From Tubiluchus corallicola (lineage: Eukaryota; Animalia; Priapulida), in the NCBI GenBank assembly GCA_030141605.1, contig JAQGDQ010000159.1, forward strand, positions 409,727 to 473,726: a stretch of DNA of 64,000 nucleotides, read 5' to 3'. The notes beneath the pieces were generated by a model, which saw only the letters and a list, made by a program, of their open reading frames with translations, made no database searches and had not been told where the DNA came from. A program made the translations under genes and the position numbers. Of this stretch, positions 1 through 14,000 are shown piece after piece (position 1 is the stretch's first letter; each line of letters starts with the position of its first letter).

Positions 1-903
1 AGATTGCATTCAACCGTGATCAGATGCTGTGGAAGCATTTGCAAAAATGAAACGAGCGCACATTCAAGCATACATGTTGGAAAAGAGCATTTGAGGGGAC
101 ACAACATTTTTTCTTGATGGCACAAATTATATGGTTTTGAAATATGGCACACAAGAACTATTGCAACCAGTAACTGTGCCGCCTGTAGTAAAATCATAAC
201 CAGATTTAATTTTGAAGATGATATGGGCTCTTATTCTGGAGCAAAAGCATGCAAATCTTTTAAGTCATTACAATATTGTGCAACATTGAGCATAATAATA
301 AGTATGCACAATAATTAGTTTGCATCACATTCCATGCATGTGAAGGCTGCCAGTAATAACGAACAAATAAAATCTGTAAACCTGACAAAGCTAAAACGAG
401 GAATTCGACTGTATAAGAGCAGTAACTTAGTCGTGGGAGTCATGATATATTCTGGATAAAGAAATATTATCTAGTAATTTGAATAAGTGATGAAATGTTA
501 AAGTTAGTGGATTAAGAAAGCACAAACACGTAAATCATTGAAGAAGGAAATGACTATGTCCTAATTAGATTGTTTTGGTGTGATTCTGCAACACATTTTT
601 CCATGGAGTACATAAAAACTCAATCCTTTTTTTATTTGTTTTAATGTCTTGTAAGTTAAAAATATTAAATTTAGTTTACGAGGATCATCACAACATAAGA
701 AAACTGCCGAGAAAAAATTTACCCGGAAAATGCAAGGTTTGCCCCATGGCAGCCAGACTATGACGATATGATTGACTAAAATCATGGATTTTACTTAAAA
801 TAGAAAAAAGTTGAATTGCGTTGCTTCGCACTTTGAGCTATTTGGTTAGTTGCACATTATAACTATTTGAAATTTTTGCTAATTTGTGTTTAATTGTTAA
901 ATA

Positions 904-1830
904 CAGTAGGTGCCGCTTAATAAACTCACGGTTTATTGACTCAAAAACACCTGGAACGGGCCGCTTCTATTCAACTACACATAAAAACTATCGGTAATTG
1001 ACTCAAATAACTCCGCATAATTGACTCAATATTTTTCTTTCCCGTACTTAAAATAAGATATTTGTATGTGCCAAAAGAGCCTTTCCTACTTTTATGTCAT
1101 ATTTACTTCCTTTTTGTGCACTATGTATGCAGAAACAATCATGGTAAGTACTGTTTTGTTTATAAGCAGGTACGTTTATCATGCACTAATACGCTAGCGT
1201 AGCGGTTTTGCTTTGAATTTGTTACCCCATCACCCACTATTACCCAAAGAATTTCTGGAAGCTAAACATTTGATCACTTGCCTAGCAGTTTCCTTTTAAT
1301 GCTCATGTTGCAAATCACACTTTCAGGCTTTATGAGTTAACAGTCAAAGATGCAGGTACAGTAATCAGCCGGTATTTCTTGTGACTTGCAAGAATAAGCA
1401 TCGTACAGGAAATAACGGCAATGTAAGGCACATTTTAGTCGCACACATCAACAGATTTTCAATATTTTTATAATATGCGAGAACTTTGTGGGTCAACTTC
1501 TTCGCGAAAAAATGAAGCAGCCGACTTTGAAGGAATTTTTGTAATTTTTGCAAATAATTAGACCTGTGTGATTTTGTAAAGTATACTTTTTAATTTATTG
1601 CTAATTCACTTATATAAATTAATATTTTACAATATTTTTTCTAATTTTTAAGTGCACACAGGATTTTAGGCAAAGTTTCAAAAATTCATTAAAAACCTTT
1701 GCAGTGCATAGTAAGCTGATGACTCATACTTCTATACCTGTAATACTACACCTGTCAGTTAATAGGTTCAGTCGGTTAATTGGGTCAAAACACGTCAGTC
1801 CCATAGTGAGTCTATTAAGCAGTGCCTACC
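904..1830. mobile_element. Tc1/mariner-pogo (Tigger-like) non-autonomous DNA transposon
   Basis: Left end TA|CAGTAGGTGCCGCTTAATAAACTCAC. The right end reverse-complements to GGTAGGCACTGCTTAATAGACTCAC and is followed by TA. Internal TTGACTCAAA subrepeats; no ORF. Confidence 0.7.
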
Positions 1831-2104
1831 TATCTTGTTTTTTTTTTGTGCAGATATTACACCTTGCATAATGATGAAAGTTTTGTCATCGAAATGTCAG
1901 GAATCAAAATAAATTAGTTATTATGTTACTGCTAGCATGAGTGCTTTGTGGTCTCTTTCAAATTAGAGACAGATTTCCTCATCAGTATACTTTCTCATTT
2001 CCAAAAATTGACAAAACACGTTTTTAAAATATAACTAAAATTTAAATCTAATGTACAATCTAATATCCGGCTTCGACACTCCCTTTTCAACTTGTGTTTT
2101 TTAG

Positions 2105-5100
2105 TGATACTGGGACATATCCACCAGAAAGCTGCATTTTTGGCCAACTACTTAATATCAGTGCTGTTTTAAGTAAGTAAATCAAGTATTTACTGTGCTT
2201 TGATATTTAAAGTGTTAGGCTAACATCACTACATCTAATATAAGTCTAAGGCCCACATACTTTTGCTTCACATTGTGGGCAACAGACTTCTCCTGCTTAC
2301 TTTAGAATGATTAAGAAAAGTGTTGTTATTTTTTAAACTTGAAGGCTGAAGCTACTAACTTCTAGTAAAAACAATGATAATAAATAATGGTTTCATGTTG
2401 TTCAGGGGTGTGCAAATTATCTGACTAGCCATGCAACATTAAACATTCCCGCAATTCCTGTGGGCCACATGCAGTTTGGTCAAGGAGCCAAGTACAGTAG
2501 GACTTAATAACGATTTTTTGTCATCCGATTTGCGCACATCATTACTACTACACTCAAGAAACTATTTTAGAAGTTATTAAAATTTATATTAAAAACCATA
2601 TATTTCGTCATGTCTGACATTGACATTAAGTGACAACCGTCTTGTAAGGGTTAATGCCATCCGATCTAGAGGAAAAAACTACCTGCACTATCTTCAGCTG
2701 GATCGCGTGGGCTGCACTTTCATTACATTGACAAACCTCTTCGCGGGCCGCAGTTTGCATACCCCTGATGTTGTTGATCAACATGAAAGACAGTTCTGCA
2801 AACAGCCTATTTAAATCTTACACACTTTAGTAGTAAATATATGTGTATGCTAAATATATATTTGTACTTATTTGTACATTTCTTTGACGTCCAGTTGACG
2901 TTTGTGTGTCTCTTTCATTTTGTTAGCCCTGTTTATTTGTTATCTAGTTCGGCAGTGCACCTTGCGACACTGCTTTACTCAATGATGAGTGCTTGCTGTG
3001 GTTGATGGCACTACAGCCTACATTGTTATTGAGGATAATCTTCTGAACCAACAGAGACGTTTTAGCTATTTTTATATATAGTCTTCCTCACCAAAAGAAA
3101 CAATTGAAGGCACTTCGGCAATTTAAAGAGCTTACTCCTGGCAGCTATTTCTCTCACTTCATTGCATTTTTAATTGTCAAACTTTTTTACAAATTGTTTT
3201 AACTCAATAACTGACTTTCATTATATAGATGAGTACAGTTATGGTGTAATATCCCTTGGCCAGTTTTTTTACTTCTTTTGTAGTGGTTATTGGTCGAAAT
3301 GTTCACGGCTAGCAATACTTAGATCTGACAAGAACATAAGGTTGACCTAGTAGATAAACAGTTCCTGTAAAACGATTTTTGGAAAATTATGAACCAATTT
3401 GGAATTACCTCTTGTTTATCTTACATCTTGTTTCCCGATATTTTTTGGTATTTTTATTTATTCACAAATCAGCTAGTTGTTGTGTCACAGAATACAAGCC
3501 ATTAAGTTTAAAATTTTGGTTTCTCAAACAGTACGATAGATATACTAGATGAATTATTGAGTTCTCAGATATTAAACAAATTATTTCTCATAGTGGGAAT
3601 ATCAGTATACATACGTTATCGTCAAGCAGTAGAGTACCACAGGGAAGGACCATATTCACTGCTGATACTGAACAAGATAGCTTTAGCACTGGGATTAATT
3701 GCATCTGCTGGTGTTAGCCTTGTTGCAAATTTCCAGGTGAGAATACAATCTTTCACCCACTGCTATTCTGATAATATACTTTTTAGTGTGTTTTAACATA
3801 CAGGCAAAGGTAAGTAGTCACAGTATATGCTTGGTTGCAAAGTTAATGGCTGCTTGGTTAATAATAGATGAGTAACTGCCATGAGAGTACGTCTTAGCTG
3901 TTTCATCCCCTATACTTCTATCAAGTAAGCCTATGCAGATATTCACCCACCGTAGGTAAGACGACACCTATGCCGGTTGAATATTTCATCTCAGAGAAAT
4001 ATTATTGATAATAGGCTAGATTGCAGTCTTGCCACCACCATCTCTATTAGGTAGACATTACTACTGGGTACTAGCTTCTGGTCTAGTTGTGTAAAAATAT
4101 CAGTAACTGGATTTTTCAGCAATTATATACCATTATTGCTAATGGAAAATTTCTTGCGAATTATTTGGCTAAAAAATTAGTGACCACCATGATGTTGATT
4201 ATAGTGGCACGACATATTTTATTTCTAGAAATTACCGCATTTTGTGTTGTAATAACTATTTATGTATTGTAATGAATTTTGTTAATTTTTTACATAGAAG
4301 CACTTATCCCGACTGCTTGTGTATCATTAAGTTTTGCATTGTGTGGTTACTCTAATGTGTGGCCGTACACTAAGTAGAATCAGACATTTTTCTAGAGCTG
4401 TTTTAGTTTGTCTTATAAAACCTTTCAGTGTATTAGAGATAAATTAGTCATTCTGCTGCATTGTTTTTTCTGTAAATGAAAGAAAAATCAACCTCACCTT
4501 TTTTTTGGACTGAGGATCAATTTGTTGGCTTTTAATGGTATTTTTATACTTCTGTTATGTTCTTTTTGAAATTATGAATTAACCATCATATTGTTTCTGT
4601 GTAGACATGTCAGCCCAGAAACTTCTGTTTTTCATTTCTAATCATTTGTGAATTTACTAAAGTGTAAGCTTTTTTATTAAAAAAATGAGTTGCAATTTGA
4701 TAGTTGGCTTTTAGATGGAACTTTTCGTAAAAGCTGTCCATTTACGGGCAGATTCTTTTATTTCAGGAAACCAGTGTAATCACGGTCCACTTGATAGGTG
4801 CTTTGTTAGCATTTGGGCTTGGTATTGTGTATGCTTGGCTGCAGCTATTCATGACGTATCGAATGTGTCCAGAGTTAAGAAGGATACCAGTTTTTGCTGC
4901 AAGATTACTTATTAGTGTAACAGCAACACTGTGCTTTTTTGGAAGTATTCTTTCTCTTACTGAAACACTCATTCTTAGAAAATTAATTAACACAATTTTA
5001 CATGAGTGTATTTTGGATATGTGTTATCCAAAATACAAAAATTTTTCCGTCTTTTCTGATAAATTTTAAGCTTTGTGAAGTTGTTTTTAAACAATAGTTA

Positions 5101-6585
5101 TAGAATCTATAATTATTGATGCAAATCCTCTATCATATCAAGTCGATACAGGACATAGCTTAGTTTTGTTATCATATTAGTAATAACACAAAAAATCGTC
5201 ATGTTATCAATACCAAATCACAGATGTATGTGAGTCTGTACTAATTTTACTTCTGAGAAAAAGAAAGTGCCAAATTCCTGCAGCTCAAGCAGAAATTAAT
5301 TACTTACTAAAGTTTTTTTTTTAATTTAACATGCTTTTATCTCTTATAACTAATCTTCTTTCAAGCAAAATAAATCAGTTTTCATTGAATCACTCAGGTA
5401 GTATCGACTAACAACATTACTTTAACAAAATGTTGTTTGCTATGCATTTCATTTCTTTCATTGCACCATTTTAATTTTGTACAAATGAAATGCATTTTAG
5501 TGGCTTCCAAGAAATACAAAAAAGCAGAACATTTGCATAATGCTAGAATTTTGACATGAAGTTCAGAAAAAGACAATTTCCTTAACTTTGGCTAAAGCTT
5601 TTATTGCAGCTGCAATTGCAAGCAAGCAGTTTGATGGTGATGATCCTACTAAGTGGTATCCAGAAGATGGAGTAAGTGTAAACTTTGCAAATGTTTTAGT
5701 TTCTTGAATGTTATTGTTGGTCATCAGCATGGAAACACCACTGACAAAGAAGTTTATGACAGTGCTAAGAAATTTATGACAATGCTTGAAAACTGTTTGC
5801 TATTTTTGCATTAAAATCGCTCCTTGATTTTTTAAGCTGTTAAAACGTAAATTGACAATGTGAAAAAACAGCTTCCACTCTTTTGGCAAAAATCACACGT
5901 CAAAATACACAGTGATTTTTGCTGGCAGCTAGAGAAAATTTTAAGTGTCTGTAAATGACGGTTACTAAAAGGTGAATAGTGAAAACTTCAAGACAGAACT
6001 CTTATGTTTCATTCAAAAAAAAACATTTAGTGTGAAACTTCTGCATCATCACTTTATGATATTAATAAATTTCATTTTATTTTAAGGGTTGGCCAGCACA
6101 TGTTGTAAGCACAGCTTGTGAATGGGTAATGGCAGTTGCCTTTATGTGCTACTTTGCAACGTACATATTTGAGTTTCGTAAAATTGACATGACAGCGCCG
6201 CATGTAAGTAATTAATAAACATTTCGCGTAAGACAAGTCACTACGTATATCCTAGAATTATGAACTCTAACTTGGGTCTATCACATTGACCCTTGATTGG
6301 AACTGAAGCTAAGTCACAGCCGTGCCAATTCTTCTTTCAGATACAGCTTAGAAAGTTAGTATAATCATTGAGAGGTTATACTATTTTTTTTCTTGAGCAT
6401 TAAGATTATACGTAATTGACATAACTTGATTGGTTTATTTCTGTAAACATCTGCAAATAAATAGTTTGATGTATTCACAATAGTTTTATGTCGTCTTTTA
6501 AATTTTACAGGTTTATATTGTAGAAGATGTTCTGCCCTTACCGATAGATCCAAATGATGACAACAGATATGGATCTATGAGCTGA
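2105..6585 (+). CDS. DRAM: DRAM/TMEM150 (Frag1/DRAM/Sfk1 family) membrane protein, 5'-partial
   Basis: Exons 2105-2172, 3594-3736, 4767-4944, 5598-5671, 6087-6203, 6511-6585 join in frame: (S)DTGTYPPESCIFGQLLNISAVL / MGISVYIRYRQ...GVSLVANFQ / ETSVITVHLIGALLAFGLGIVYAWLQ... / ...KWYPEDG / GWPAHVVSTACEWVMA...FEFRK... / ...YGSMS*. SDTG..PPESC, VANFQ, HxxGA and EW are family motifs. First coding exon not found in the window. Confidence 0.9.
2403..2767. mobile_element. hAT-superfamily MITE (365 bp) in a DRAM intron
   Basis: TIRs CAGGGGTGTGCAAA ... TTTGCATACCCCTG, with a perfect 8-bp target-site duplication ATGTTGTT at 2395-2402 and 2768-2775. Confidence 0.9.
4945..5597 (+). other. U12-type (minor spliceosome) GT-AG intron of the DRAM gene
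   Basis: Donor GTATTCTTT (consensus RTATCCTTT, 1 mismatch). Exact U12 branch box TTCCTTAAC at 5578-5586. AG at 5596-5597 with no long polypyrimidine tract. Frame is preserved. Confidence 0.8.
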
Positions 6586-7344
6586 GTTCCTTGCAATTAT
6601 TGTATCAATTGTTTCTGTATTCTTTTCAAAACAGTCCAAAGTGCTTTATTTATTATTAGTTGCATTAGGAAATCACTGACTGTCAACGTTCCACAACATC
6701 CCACTGTTCATTCCTAATGTCTCCCAAAATTACACCTGCACTGAGATATATTTCTTAAAATGCAGTGCTTTTAAATGTGATGTTTGGGTACTCCTGTAGG
6801 CAAAATGTGTTAACGCAACTTGAAGTGTACTTGTATGTTCTCATGTTTTTTTTCATATTTATGTTGTTGTTACATTATATTATTATCATTAATGTTGCTA
6901 GTAGTAAAAAAGAGAGTCAAATACACTGTCCAAACTTACAGGCACCGCACTTAGTCTGAGACATTTTACATTCAATCACAAAAATTTTTAAAACATGCAT
7001 TATTTGTCCACCATTATTTTTCATTTTTGCATAAGTTTTTCACTGTTCCGATTATACTTCTAAAGTTACAGAATCCAAAATTACCTAGTTAAAATGCTGC
7101 AGACTAGTGACAGTGTTTCGATGACACTACAGGGATCCAGGTGCATACTCGTTAAGGCCAACTCAAGTCGAGTCCAGCTGTTGCCACAAGCTTGCACCAT
7201 TGCTGAAAGCGTTTGAATTTAAGTCACAGAAGTTAAATTCACATTGCATTGCGTTTCTGATACTCTGATTTGTTTAATAATTGAAACAGAAAACTGAGAA
7301 ACCTGTGCATACTATCCTGGGATCGAGTCCATAATGAGCCTACA

Positions 7345-7500
7345 CCCAGTGCAAATGCTTAACTGGACCAAATCTGCACTAAGCCTGCACTCAGTGTAAA
7401 TGCTGGGCTGGACCAACTCTTTGCTGAATCTGCACTTGTTGTAAATGCTAACTGGGCTGAGTCCATTCTGGATATGGACTGGATTTGCCAATGTAAATGG
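7345..7500. repeat. Degenerate ~46-48 bp tandem repeat (3-4 units) downstream of the DRAM stop
   Basis: Recurrent (CA)GTGTAAATGCT..CTGGACCAA..CTGCACT motif. Confidence 0.5.
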
Positions 7501-8897
7501 GTGTGTGAAACCTGCCTATAGAGTTTCACCAAGGAATTTCTTTAAATACTGACATACATTTAAAATTTTAGCTACATTGCCATTATTCCAAGAAGGTGCT
7601 TATATGATCAAGTTTAACATGCAACTAGTAAGTTTGTACGATTTTTTTGTAATATCCCCCGTAACTGAGTGTAATCTTCTAGTACGTAATCAATTCAATA
7701 TGCAAATGAGTTACTGCTTATTGGTACAAGTGCCAAACAGTAATCGTGAAAAGTTTAGTTATACTGAATATATATTGTTATGTGACTATAATATTTTACT
7801 GTTACCTCCTAATTTGTGATAACTGAAAAACTTTTATAGTTATGCTCCTGATATGAACTACGGGAAGAAATTCTGTTGTTATTTTTATACGTCACTGTTA
7901 CTTTGAATAAAATGTTATGTTTTCCATCGGCTCTTTTGCTGTGGATTAAAAATTATTAATTTACTGGGAGGTAGAGTCTGTATAGAGACTATGCTACGAT
8001 GTAAGCACATGTATTATCTTTTACTACAGCAAGGTTGCAAAAATTGCAAAACTTAGTTTGATTAGTGATATATATATTAATTCTTATGGTTTAAAATATG
8101 AATAAAAAATGGTTATATAACGTCATTGTTGTACATTTCGTATAAATTACAGATAATGTTATTGTTATTTTTGATATTTTGTGCAGTTGTTTTCAATATA
8201 TTTCTCATATTCAGTAAACTATTTGATGTTTTCTAGCAGTTCACACTAGTCTTTTGGTAAAGAACAGAATTATTAATCACCTGGGAGATGGAGGCCATAA
8301 ATTTCAAAGATTGTTAGACTTTTGATAAAAGTGCATTTGCTGTCATCTTATCCAGTTAATGGGTGACCTGTGTAACAAATTAAGTTTCATACATTACTTA
8401 TCTTATTTGAATAGCCAACCTATTCCAGTTTATTACCATGCAATAAAACAGGTTTATTCCTCAGCTAATATACTAATCAGTAGGTATATTTTTATAATTT
8501 AATTACTCAAACCTATTGTTTACGAGCTTAAGTCATTTCATGTGTTACTCATGTCTGCTGTAGAACATATGATACCAATGGTAGTGTGTTGCTGTGTTTT
8601 GTTTTTTGTAAATGCGGAATTACTATTACACTTAGAGATATCAGTAAATTACGAAAGGTATGATTTTTCTGCAGTTAAAGGTTAAAGCTGATTTAAGAAC
8701 CAGATAAATGAAACCATAGCCACGCTCATGCAGTTACATTTGTTGCATTGTCTTGTTACATAGTTACTGCTTTTAATGTCTAAAGGTAAATCTGGTATTG
8801 ACTAATGCTAAAAATGTTATTGAACTCATAGAAGAATATATGACTTCAAATATTTTTAATATATTCACCGTTTTTCAAATATTGATTTGCAAGCTAC

Positions 8898-9372
8898 CTG
8901 GAATTAAGCAAAGCCTTCTGAGCACACAAGCAGCCTGGTACTAAGCAAAGTCCAATCAGTTGGGTTCTGAGCACACAAGCAGCCTGGTACTAAGCAATTA
9001 AAATTCATTCTGCTGGCTTCTGACCACACAAGCAACTTGGTACTAAGCAATTAAAGTTCACTCTGCTGATTTCTAAGCACACAAGCAGCCTGGTACTAAG
9101 CAAAGTTCAATAAGATTGGCTTTTGGCTATCCAGGCAACTTGGTACTAAACGAAGTTCAATCAGCTGGCTTCTGGCTATGCAGGCAACCTGCTACTAAGC
9201 AGAGTTCAATCAGTTGGCTTCTAAGCATCCAGGTAACCTGACATTAAGCAAGGTTCAGTCAGTTGATTTTTGGGCATCCAGGCTACCTGGTGCTAAGCAA
9301 ATTATTAAGTTCAATCAGCAGGCGTCTAGGCATCCAAGCAAACAGGCACTAAGGATATTCAATAAGCTGGTT
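8898..9372. repeat. Minisatellite, about 10 degenerate units of ~49 bp
   Basis: Consensus approximately CTGGTACTAAGCAAAGTTCAATCAGTTGGCTTCTGAGCACACAAGCAGC, repeated head-to-tail. Confidence 0.85.
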
Positions 9373-11014
9373 TCTCTATCATGTTGACATAGATCTTCTC
9401 ACGGCGGAATTCGCAGCCAAATGTCAATTGGCATATTGCATGACATCGCGCTGACGGGTTAATTCTAGCGTCGTCATTTATGATTAGCTGTAATCTAGCC
9501 ATAGCCAGGTATACTGTGTTCAGAATGGGCTACTGCAATATACGATTATTGTACGCCAGCCTTGCTTTTAACCGGTGTTTGCTGAAACATGAATCAGTTT
9601 TTATAGCGAAATAGTGTAAAGAAAAAGGATGTTTTGTGAGAATTCAAGTCTTCGAAATTTACTATAGCATCGTCTGTGCCTTTAGACTAGGATTAAAATT
9701 ATTTTTGTGTGAAATCGTGTCACTTGTGCAGATCAGTTCAGTTATGCTCATTGGCAGATTTAAGGGTATTTAAGCGGCTTTGTTGGAGCTCCAGCATTAT
9801 GTTTTAAGCAGGTGTTGCTTGTGTGTGTAATCCAAACATTTACTTTAAGTAGACGCATGACCTACCTAGCTTTGTGTTTTATGTTTAGTCGCTAAAAATC
9901 TAAACAGTATTAATTTTGCTATTTTTCGAAAGTCTCATTTGATGCTTTTACAAAAGGGTATACTTTACTGGCAGTGTTTCATGTACATTACGAAAATTGC
10001 TTGTGTAACATTGTGAAATTTTTCATTTGCTATTGCACGCAATTATACAGTTGTATAAAATATAAGCCAACTTGATTTTTATTTTTTCACAAACCGGCAA
10101 TTGGTTTGAATTTTACTTTCAGCAGCTCTGGTGAAAAGCAAACAACGAAAATGTTGTAGATGGACCCTTTATCAAGTCAAGTATGTATATCAGGTAGCAA
10201 TATATATATTGTACACGTGAACTAGCAATACCTATAGGTGACAATATACGCAATGTTATTCACCCATTTAAAACGCCTTCAAAAGGTAAAATGTTTTATT
10301 TGTTCAGATGATGTTACTTGAAGAAACAAAGGTGCTCTTTACTGACATCAAGTCTTAAAGCGTTGACAAAAAGCGATTCGTAAACTTTGGATTGACTTAT
10401 TTGCCTTTGAATTCTTGCTTGATTCATCGTCACGTTGGGATAAAAACAGTTGTAATCTTGCAAGCTTAAGATCGTGATCCTGTCAGGCAGGTAGGTTGTG
10501 TCTATGGTTAACTGCGTGCCATGCGTGGTGAGCACGGACCTGTCTCGGGAGGGTAAATCCTCTGTTACCAAGGAACGCAGCGTCTGCATCCATGCATGGG
10601 GTAGAAAAACAAAAAGCGGTCGAAAGAAAGCGGTCCTGACAGAGACAGATCAGGATCCTGTTACCAGTTTAACAGAGTACTACATATCATGGTGGGCTTG
10701 TTTGGATAGCTGTTGATTTAGTTCCAATGGTTGATTTATGGTGTACCGATGATGTGAAATTAGAATCATATAATTTTATAACAGTTTGCGCTGTCATGAT
10801 AATAATAATATGATTCGCCCATAAATGCCAAAAGTACAAGATGACACTGAGAAAATGTAACGAAATATTAATCTTGCCAAGTGCTTCTATGGACTAGGTT
10901 ATTAGACGTGTTCATCACTGGCTAGAAACGGTACTTCACTTTCATCAGCCAAGTATTTTGAATTTTTGATTAGCCAGTTTTGCGTTCACCAAATTCTATC
11001 TGTGTGACGTCAAT

Positions 11015-14000
11015 ATGGGTGCAAGTCCACAGGAAACAGAAACTCTAAAACAAGCAGAGAATTCGGAAAAGAAGCAAGCTGACACTGAGCCGATTCACAT
11101 GTCTCATTGTGATCACGGATGGGCATGGATGATCTTGTTGGCTTCATTCATCATCAACGCAGTGATATTGGGGGTGACTAATTCTTTTTCTGTTTATTAC
11201 ACCGTCTTCCTCTTTGTTTTCAAGCAAAGTAAATCTGATACGGCTTGGATTGGTTCTATTCAATTAGGACTCATGTTCTTTATAGGTAAGTATTAAAAAG
11301 TACAATAATTTATTAGCGAGAAAGTCCACTAACTTACCTATCTATTTACCCAACTAGCTGCTTTTCCTTCCTAACAAACCTCCCGTCTCCCTACCTTCCT
11401 GACTGCTTCACCAATTGAAGTCCTGCTTTATAAAATTTTTTGCGTTTTAATTTCAAAAATCGCTAAAGCAGTGATTTTTCTGGCGCACAATAATTAAAAC
11501 ACTAGAACTGGCCAGAATGGTTGCCGCCATAGAAGTCATAAAACTTATATAGTTTTTGGCTTCTAACGCGTTTAGTGATAAGAGTTAATTAACCTTGGGC
11601 TTGGTTAGTTAGTTAATGAGTGACCGGCAGGGAAATAGCTTCTTTCGACTAGTTTTTTACCTTAATAAAATTTGAAAAAAGAGCAAATAGGCGTACTTGT
11701 ATGTAGCCGCAGCTATGCACGTTCCCACTGAACTGTGTATAAATGAAAAGGTATGTGAAATGCACTTATTATCTGGACCCATATCAGTCACATTTTTTCC
11801 TTTATGAATGGTGCCTGTTCTTCTGCTGACAGGAAATTTTAAACGACATGTCCTTGAACAAATAATGGAGAAAAAATGTAATACAGGCAGGCGTTGCTAA
11901 ATGGTCACTACTGTGGGCGCTAAAAAGAGTAATATAGCGCACATATTTTGTTTACAATGTTTGCACTGCCAAAAGAATGAACAACTGTAACATTCATCGG
12001 AGACCTAAGACTGTGATTTCTGAGGCTGCGTATGTTAAGGTCGAGAGCACTGACGTAATGGTTGTTCAATTGTAGGCACCATGTGTCTGTAGAATCGACC
12101 GAGAAACGTGGAACGTTCAAAAAGCGATGCCATCCACTTTGGTTTCAAATTTGGTTTCAAATTTTCACCTTGCATGACAAAAACGTCGAGATCTATAAAT
12201 GTTCTTTTAGATTTTGTAATGGTTTTCAATATTATTAATAGAATAGTTCAGTTCAATCTTACTGATCGTTTCAGTTTCTTAGAAAGTTCACAATCGGGTA
12301 TTACAAATTTACGGCTAAAAATGAAATTGAATTCGAACCAATTTAACACAACGTTTCCCGTCAACTAATTAGCAGCCATTTGTTTTTTCTACTGTCTAAT
12401 TTTTCCTTTGGGCTTCTTATCTGTGAAATTCTTTGCCAGAAAGTTGCTTCTTCTGCTTTCTAGTTTTTCTTCGGGTTTGTTAATGTTTCTGTAAAATTCT
12501 TTGGTAGAAGTTGTTTCGCTAAACGACTACAACCTTGTCTGATTCAAAAATACGATCAACAAATTTGTTCTATCACTAACAAATTACTATAGTATGAATT
12601 CCATTTATCTTTACATGTATTCATACTTTTACGTTTTTATTGCAGACCCTTATTTGAATGGCCATTTGCCCTGTTTGGGGCGATTTGTGTGAAAAAATAG
12701 GCTTTTAGTGCATCATTGCCAGAAACCACGCGAGCATACCCCAAAAATATGAAATAAGAAACATATACATTATATTATAGTTAGACTTGTTCTAGTGTGT
12801 TCGATTTCAGTGTATATACTGCAGCCTATACAATGAGTCACGACAGTAAAAGTCGCCACTGTCCATTAGTGATATAACACTCATTCCCCACGCTTCAAGA
12901 GATTTCCCAATTTCTTAATGCGTTTTAGCAAGGCAAATTGAATACCTTTATTTTGAGTGTTGATCCGTTGAATCTGTACTTTAACATATGTTACGATGAT
13001 TATGAAGAGGAGGAGGAGGGGAATAAGTTAATGACGACGGCGACAACAGTGATGATGAAAAATGGTCGCAGATGTTCTCTGTACACGGTAATTAAAAGCT
13101 TGTCAATTTAAAGCACAAAAATTAAAAACTGTTTGGCCATCGAAATTCAGAGTGAGCATCGTTTCAAGCTGCATACCATGTCAATTTTTTCTTGCCTCGT
13201 AATTGCAAACATTTTTATTTCAGTCCTTACAGACAGAGACAAACATACATACGGCTATCTGCATAGATGACTAGGTTTTATTACACCACAACCTGAGATG
13301 TATAGACGATGTATAGACATATCCATGTATTATTCACATATTTAATCAATGACCGCGTATGATTATGATTTAGAATTGCACTACAGCAATAAAATTTGCA
13401 GTTTTGACTTTGTTTAATTTAGGTAAGGAGGGCGTGTATAAACAAACAATATCACAAATTTATTGCATAAACTAACATAAAACAGGGATTGCTATCAGTT
13501 TATTATGCGTAGTCTGATAGCCACTGGTAAAATGGAAGCAATGGAGTGAAATACGATCTAATTATCTAGAAAATGTAGGTTTATTACAGGAAAAACATGA
13601 GAACCCAGCTTCTGGATGTGATGCCGCTGTGCGTGTTTAATTCTTGCGTTATTTAGTCTTTTTAGCTACATTTACAGTAATATACAGCATACTTTCAGGC
13701 TATGACTTTATAAAAAACTAAGTCTCACAAGAAATTTCATTATTATTAAATAAGCGCACCGCCTGTGCATCTATAAACTGTTTACATAAAATAACGACAA
13801 AGACATTTCAAATGCGTAATATTCCTGCAAACACTACGCAGCACAAAGTTCAGGCAAAATTCTCCAATATTTATATTGCCATTATGACCAAACACATCAC
13901 CAGCATCACGTAGCGCGTTTGTTAACTAAACATTCTTAGATCAACGATATGCCGACAACTTTGCAATTGTAAAATTACATCTCTGTTTTGGCTCCGCTTG

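Noticed and set aside
1862-1902. Penelope-type minimal hammerhead-like hairpin (GATGA..TCATC GAAA TGTC)
   Set aside because: The catalytic CUGANGA box is not intact; at most a decayed remnant.
8898-9372. CRISPR-like repeat array
   Set aside because: Units are contiguous degenerate repeats without unique spacers, there are no cas genes, and the context is eukaryotic.
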